Assembly: GCA_038217285.1 (NCBI GenBank)
Contig: JBBQPO010000220.1
Location: forward strand, 1-10,502
Source: Chthonomonadales bacterium
GTDB taxonomy: Bacteria; Armatimonadota; Chthonomonadetes; Chthonomonadales; Chthonomonadaceae
Reading direction: 5' to 3'
DNA: 10,502 nucleotides
This document shows positions 6,321-10,502 of this stretch, one piece after another (positions within the stretch are counted from its first letter, which is position 1; each line of letters starts with the position of its first letter). The notes beneath the pieces were generated by a model. That model did not search any database. It worked only from the letters and a program-made list of their open reading frames with translations, and had not been told where the DNA came from. A program made the translations under genes and the position numbers.

Positions 6321-7012
6321 CAGTCGGTGATTTTGGGCGGCGCGGACCCCGCTCCGGCTATCGACGGTACGGCGGACGGGACTGTGCCCTTCAGCGCGGG
6401 AGTCTCCCGCGCGGTGAAGGGCGCAGACGGCGTGGCTGCGGGGGGCCAGACGATCTTGACACGGCCTGTCGCGGTCAGGCGTCCGGGTTCGCACACCAGC
6501 GTGTCCAGCCAGACCGGAACCGGCGACTGCGCCAGATCGAAATCCAGTTTTTCATTGATCATTTTTTCCAGCGATTCGACGACCGACTGCGGCAGCGAAA
6601 ACATCCCCCCTGCGCTGACCGTCTGGAAGTCCAGCAGCACGCGCGTTCCGTTCTGAATCCGCAGGACAGCGTCCACGGTAAACGGCAGCGACATCATCTT
6701 GATATAGTTGCCGGTGATATGCGCCTTCCCGGACAGAAAGGCGATTTTCAGATGGCGAACAGGCGCGTCTTCGGGGATATTGTTCTCCAGCAGTCGATTG
6801 ACGTTCGGCTCCGAGATGATGGCCCGGAATCGGGTTTCGCCGGTCCGTATCCCGCCCGATCTGGTTGGGGAGTGCAGTTCCAAAAGCACGTTCTCGCCTT
6901 CGAGATGTACCTCGTCCACCAACACATCCTCGCGCAGCAGCACGTTCTGAAAATGGATCTGCGCGCCGCCTATCTTCATGGGTTGCGGCGGTAAACTGGT
7001 CTTGTCCGGCAT
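6320..7012 (-). CDS. DUF2993/LmeA-like beta-rich protein (230 aa)
   Basis: Pattern ISEPNVNRLL...LPFTVDAVLRIQNG...LDFDLAQSPVPVWLDTLVCEPGRLTATG recalls DUF2993; Pro/Ala-rich tail; AGGAG upstream; no obvious signal peptide. The ORF is solid, the family call tentative. Confidence 0.6.
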   Translation of the reverse strand: MPDKTSLPPQPMKIGGAQIHFQNVLLREDVLVDEVHLEGENVLLELHSPTRSGGIRTGETRFRAIISEPNVNRLLENNIPEDAPVRHLKIAFLSGKAHITGNYIKMMSLPFTVDAVLRIQNGTRVLLDFQTVSAGGMFSLPQSVVESLEKMINEKLDFDLAQSPVPVWLDTLVCEPGRLTATGRVKIVWPPAATPSAPFTARETPALKGTVPSAVPSIAGAGSAPPKITD

Positions 7013-7055
7013 TGTCTCGTTTCACTCCTGTTTCGTCAGGTCGCTCGGTGCGCCC

Positions 7056-7064
7056 ATTATATCA
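7056..7064 (-). promoter_or_regulatory. Extended -10 promoter for the DUF2993-like/GT-C pair
   Basis: Minus strand TGA-TATAAT (TGnTATAAT), about 44 nt upstream of ATG 7012. Confidence 0.6.
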
Positions 7065-7227
7065 CATTACGCCCTGCGTTGTCGGTAGTTCCTGCCCCAC
7101 CCGTGCACGCGCCAACATTCACCAATCAACCCAAGAACCGGAGACACATATTCATGCTTCAGAGTGCTATTTATGTCACAGTTCGCATTATCAACCAATT
7201 AAGCAACTTTCCCCCATGCCGCGAAGG

Positions 7228-7233
7228 TATAAT
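7228..7233 (+). promoter_or_regulatory. -10 box upstream of the YjzC-like gene
   Basis: Perfect TATAAT in an AT-rich divergent region; no good -35. Confidence 0.45.
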
Positions 7234-7331
7234 AGCGGTGTAGGAAGAAGCTGCTTCATCGGTACAAAATTTGCCGGGAACGCACTTCACAACCAGTGCG
7301 GCCCCAGAAGGGCCGCGAGGAGAACCTGAGC

Positions 7332-7538
7332 ATGCAGACCACCATGACGACCAGACCGCAGGAGTACGGGTCCGGCGAGATCGTCGAACCCGGTGTCTAT
7401 CTCGATATAGATACGGGAGCCGTCGTACAGATTCGCGAACGCGATGAGCTGCCCGAAGGCAACCGTGTGGTGCGCTATCGCCGCCGCTTCTGCCGCGTCG
7501 AAGCCACCTCGCCCCGCGCCGCCGCGAATACGCGCTAG
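7332..7538 (+). CDS. Small YjzC-like protein (68 aa)
   Basis: GAGGAG 9 nt before ATG 7332. YGSGEIVEPGVY...GAVVQIRERDELP resembles the YjzC pattern (GExxxxxGxY...V.....D.LP). Stop overlaps the ggt stop (CTAG, 7535-7538). Confidence 0.65.
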   Translation: MQTTMTTRPQEYGSGEIVEPGVYLDIDTGAVVQIRERDELPEGNRVVRYRRRFCRVEATSPRAAANTR

Positions 7539-9163
7539 AACCCTGCCGCGTGTCCGTCGCAGCGCGGGTCCGAACCTGCCATAAACGCGCCGGTCTCCGG
7601 ATGCACCGCAATGACCTGATAGGCGCTGCTGTGCGCCCAGGGGCCGAGCGCGTTTACTTTATGTCCGCGCCGCTCCAGATCCTGCACTACGTCGAGCGCC
7701 ACGCGGCTCTCGATGGCAAGTTGCCCGGCCGAGGGCTCGTCGTCCGCTCCTACCGCGCCCCCATGCTGCCAGCGCGGCGCTTCGACCGCCTCCTGCGGGT
7801 TCAGCCCGAAATCGATCAGATTGCAGATGACCTGCAGATTGCTCTGCACCTGCACATCCCCTCCCGGCGTCCCTCCGACAAAGGCCAGCTTCTCTCGCAT
7901 CCCTCCAGTTGCGGTCGGCTCCTCCTTCGTGATCAGGTAGGCATTGAGCGTATGCGCCGTGCGTTTGCCGGGTGCGAGGACATTCGGGCTGGCAGGGTCC
8001 AGCGAAAAGCCGGTCATGCGGTTGTTGAACAGTACGCCGGTACCCGCCGCGACCTCCGCGCAGCCGAATCCCCAGAAGACGCTCTGAATGAAGCTGATGG
8101 CGTTGCCCTCGGCATCCGCGACACAGAAGTAGGTCGTATCGTGGTCTATAGAGCCTGCCTCGACAACGGGGGTGGCTTTCAGAGGCTGGATAAGGCGACG
8201 ACGCTGCGCGGCATACGGCTTGGAGAGCAGCGTATCGAGCGGAACGTCCACGAAGTCCGGATCGCCAAGATAGGCGGCGCGGTCGGCAAAAGCCAGCTTT
8301 TTGGCCTCGACCTGGTAGTGAATACTGGTGGTGCTGTTGTGCCCCAACGCGCTCAACTCGAAGCCCTCGACCAGATTCAGCATCTGCAGCAGAATATGGC
8401 CCTGCGAAACCGGCGGCTGCCCATGCACCGTGTAGCCGTGATAGGTCGTTTTGATCGGGTCTGAAATCTGTGTGCGATGCGCGGCGAAATCGGCCGCCGT
8501 AAACAGCCCGCCGTTCTCCTCACTGTAGCGCAGGATCCGCTCCGCGACCGCTCCGGTATAGAAGGCGTCCCGTCCGCCCTCTACGATCTGCCCCAGAGTC
8601 CACGCCAGATCAGGCTGCCTTACCATCTCCCCCGGCTTGGGCGGCACGCCGTTCGGAAGCAGCGCGTGCGCCGTAGACGGGAAAGAACGCAGCAGCTCTT
8701 CCTGCGCGGCAAACGTCCGCGCATACCGATAGCCTGCCGGAAAGCCCTGTTCTGCATAGCGCAGCGCGGGCGCAAAAAGCTCTCCGACAGGTCGTGTTCC
8801 CCACCGACCATGCAGCGTGAACCAGGCGTCCACCAGGCCCGGCACCGAAGCCGCCGCCAGACCGCGCAGCGGAATGCCCTCCGCGAAATGTTCCAGGGTC
8901 GTGGCCTGCGGCGCCGCTCCCGACGCGTTCAGCGCGAAGGTCTTCCCTGTCTTCGCCTCGTACACGATGATAAACGCATCTCCACCGACCTGACTGGCAT
9001 ACGGCTCGGTGACGCAGAGCACCGCCGACGTCGCCAGCGCCGCATCCACAAAGCTGCCGCCTCTCTGCAGCACGTTTAGCCCTGCCGACACCGCCAGCGG
9101 CTGCGAAGCCGCCACCATCCCCTGCCGCCCCACCACGACACCCCGATGCTGCCCCACACTCAT
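7535..9163 (-). CDS. ggt: Gamma-glutamyltransferase family Ntn-hydrolase, cytoplasmic YwrD-like (542 aa)
   Basis: GMVAASQPLA, SQVGGDAF, SVPGLVDAW, FADRAAYLGDP, autoprocessing site D-TTYF (Thr nucleophile), LAPGKR, GTPGG, GSDPRCDG; no signal peptide; GGGAGGG SD. Confidence 0.95.
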   Translation of the reverse strand: MSVGQHRGVVVGRQGMVAASQPLAVSAGLNVLQRGGSFVDAALATSAVLCVTEPYASQVGGDAFIIVYEAKTGKTFALNASGAAPQATTLEHFAEGIPLRGLAAASVPGLVDAWFTLHGRWGTRPVGELFAPALRYAEQGFPAGYRYARTFAAQEELLRSFPSTAHALLPNGVPPKPGEMVRQPDLAWTLGQIVEGGRDAFYTGAVAERILRYSEENGGLFTAADFAAHRTQISDPIKTTYHGYTVHGQPPVSQGHILLQMLNLVEGFELSALGHNSTTSIHYQVEAKKLAFADRAAYLGDPDFVDVPLDTLLSKPYAAQRRRLIQPLKATPVVEAGSIDHDTTYFCVADAEGNAISFIQSVFWGFGCAEVAAGTGVLFNNRMTGFSLDPASPNVLAPGKRTAHTLNAYLITKEEPTATGGMREKLAFVGGTPGGDVQVQSNLQVICNLIDFGLNPQEAVEAPRWQHGGAVGADDEPSAGQLAIESRVALDVVQDLERRGHKVNALGPWAHSSAYQVIAVHPETGAFMAGSDPRCDGHAAGF

Positions 9164-9204
9164 GCCCGCACCCTCCCGTCTTGTCTTAACGATTCTATGT
9201 CGCT

Positions 9205-9237
9205 AATTCCCCTTGATTCATCAATGGGGATACAAGG
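9205..9237 (+). other. IS608-like left-end subterminal hairpin with guide tetranucleotide
   Basis: AATT-CCCCTTGA-TTCA-TCAA-T-GGGG-ATACAAGG: imperfect hairpin with a bulged T. TTAA (9186-9189) lies exactly 15 nt before the guide AATT. Confidence 0.8.
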
Positions 9238-9344
9238 ACGCCGCTTTGCGGCATACCCCAAATCCGCCTAGCCTACGGCGGATTTCAGGGACATCCTGTT
9301 GTGAAACCGTCGTCTCAGCGACGGGCTTTACAAGTCTTTTTGCT

Positions 9345-9373
9345 TTGTCATGCAGACATATTTCGGGTATAAT
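9345..9373 (+). promoter_or_regulatory. Strong sigma70 promoter, probably giving leaderless tnpB mRNA
   Basis: TTGTCA (9345-9350), 17 nt, TATAAT (9368-9373). ATG at 9379 follows after 5 nt with no SD. Confidence 0.8.
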
Positions 9374-9378
9374 AGAGT

Positions 9379-10363
9379 ATGCTCAGGACTGCCTTCAAGT
9401 TCAGAATCTATCCCACCAGCGCCCAGGAAACTCTGCTGGAAGATACCCTCTCCACCTGCCGGGAGGTCTACAACTCTTGCCTGCACTGGCGTAAGCATGA
9501 CGCTGAACTCTTGGGTAAATCCCCCTCGTGATACGACCAGCAGGACGCTCTGCCGATTTGGAAAAAGAGCCACCCGGAACTCTGCGATGTTCACAGCCAA
9601 GTGTTGCAGAACGTGTGTAAACGGGTCGATATCGCATTCCAAAGTTACTTCGACCGCCTGGCAGACTATCAGATCCGCAAAGAGCAGGGCCGTCTCAAAA
9701 TAGTCAACAATCAATTGGAGAAGTGTCCTGGTCCTCCTCGTCCCAAAGGCAAAGGCTGTTACGACAGCATCACCTACACCCAGGCCACCGCCTTCACCGT
9801 AGATCAGCACGAGAAATGTATTACCTTCTCGAAACTGGCGAACATCAAAGCGGTTCTCCATCGACCGATCCTGGGTGTAATGAAGACCGCGACGATCCGT
9901 AGGCAATCCGGCAAATGGTTTGTCACGATCTCCTGCGAAGTCGAAGCCCAACTATTGCCGGAATCGGAGAAGACGGTCGGTATAGATGTCGGATTGGAGA
10001 CTTTCGCACCGACCAAAAGGCACTGGCGAAAGCGCATCGCCAGTTCGAGAAGGTGAAGCATAAGCACAAATCCAAAGTCCGGTGTAAAGCGAAGAAAGCC
10101 GTCGCTCGCATTCATGAACGTATCCGTAATCGACGCCACAACTTCCATCATCAAGAGGCCCGCAAGATCGTCAATCGGTACGGCCTCATCACCGTCGAAG
10201 ACCTCAACGTCAAGAACATGTCGAAGTCTCCTGCACCGAAACAGGATACCGAAACAGGCCTCTACCTGCCGAACGGTCATGCGGCCAAAGCAGGTCTCAA
10301 CAAGAGTATTCTTGACGCGGGCTGGTTTACATTTCGTATGATCCTCAAGTCGAAGGCTGAAAG
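9379..10363 (+). pseudogene. tnpB: TnpB RNA-guided endonuclease pseudogene
   Basis: MLRTAFKFRIYPT...CREVYN start; in-frame TGA at 9529-9531; SQVLQ; GKWFVTISCE; RuvC-I GIDVG; frameshift at about 10001-10008; RuvC-II ITVEDL; GLNKSILDAGW; truncated after KAE, so no Zn finger or RuvC-III. Confidence 0.93.
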
Positions 10364-10502
10364 GGTAGTGCTGCATTAAACGGTGACACTGGCCATACCT
10401 CCTTTCGTTTCCCTGGCCCCTGTTTTTCCAGGTGGACGCCCTCTTCGTTTCGGAGGAACCAACGGCGCAGGAGCGATCTGGTGGCAGAGCAAATCTCCCA
10501 CG
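10364..10502 (-). mobile_element. End of a probable IS1-family insertion sequence that interrupts tnpB
   Basis: TnpB similarity stops mid-codon (GCT GAA AG|). The next bases, GGTAGTGCTGCATTAAA, resemble IS1-family GGT-initial terminal IRs (IS1: GGTGATGCTGCC). Confidence 0.6.
10376..10501 (-). CDS. Partial (C-terminal) putative IS1-family transposase
   Basis: Open from the window edge: VGDLLCHQIAPAPLVPPKRRGRPPGKTGARETKGGMASVTV*, with TAA inside the putative IR and an AT-hook-like KRRGRP. Similarity to IS1-like transposase tails is from recall, unverified. Confidence 0.5.
   Translation of the reverse strand: MGDLLCHQIAPAPLVPPKRRGRPPGKTGARETKGGMASVTV

Larger units (their letters stand above)
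9190..10363 (+). mobile_element. Non-autonomous IS200/IS605-family (IS1341-type, tnpB-only) element, interrupted
   Basis: Left-end hairpin at 9208-9230, tnpB remnant at 9379-10363 and no tnpA between them; right end not in window. Confidence 0.85.

Noticed and set aside
6321..6494. N-terminal extension of the GT-C ORF to 6494
   Set aside because: It would overlap the upstream gene by 175 nt; the TGATG-coupled start at 6320 is more plausible.
7165..7180. CRP/FNR-type site (TGCTA-N6-TCACA)
   Set aside because: Only one good half-site; insufficient support.
7240..7320. c-di-GMP-I/II riboswitch
   Set aside because: GCACT/AGTGC is reminiscent of class II, but I could not place the other conserved core elements; kept only as an unassigned structured leader.
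9190..9378. IStron (group I intron fused to an IS605 element)
   Set aside because: The segment is short, no recognisable P7 core is visible, and the insertion is intergenic.
190..10363. tnpA and tnpB as two halves of one IS605 element or composite transposon
   Set aside because: They are about 8.7 kb apart around housekeeping genes, and each has its own unrelated end structures.
9379..10363. Cas12f/type V effector or domesticated nuclease-dead TnpB (TldR-like)
   Set aside because: No CRISPR array nearby, an IS left end is present, RuvC-I Asp and RuvC-II Glu are retained, and the gene is broken by nonsense and frameshift lesions, so ordinary decay is the simpler reading.
9328..10376. Minus-strand ORFs 9328-9951 and 9804-10376 as real genes (e.g. 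tnpA)
   Set aside because: Antisense shadows of tnpB with no HUH or resolvase motifs.

Overview
GC-rich bacterial chromosomal window; a Terrabacteria lineage such as Armatimonadota or Chloroflexota is a guess only. A housekeeping core is bracketed by two decayed single-strand-DNA (HUH) mobile systems. Left: a frameshifted REP-associated (RAYT/IS200-like) Y1 transposase, flanked by a perfect 41-bp tandem array of GTAG-type REP units and one inverted REP copy. Core: Gfo/Idh/MocA oxidoreductase (-), surE (+), an Mrp/ApbC ATPase lacking the Fe-S-binding CXXC loop (+), a 56-aa 'half-XRE' microprotein behind a near-consensus promoter and a possible leaderless uORF (+), an inverted pair of covarying REP-like units, a coupled DUF2993/LmeA-like + GT-C glycosyltransferase pair (-), a YjzC-like small protein with a structured leader (+) and a cytoplasmic gamma-glutamyltransferase (-). 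Right: a tnpA-less IS200/IS605 (IS1341-type) element with an IS608-like left end (predicted target/TAM TTAA). Its tnpB carries a nonsense codon and a frameshifting deletion and is cut by a probable IS1-family element running off the window. All family calls are from motif recognition by eye; no searches were run.
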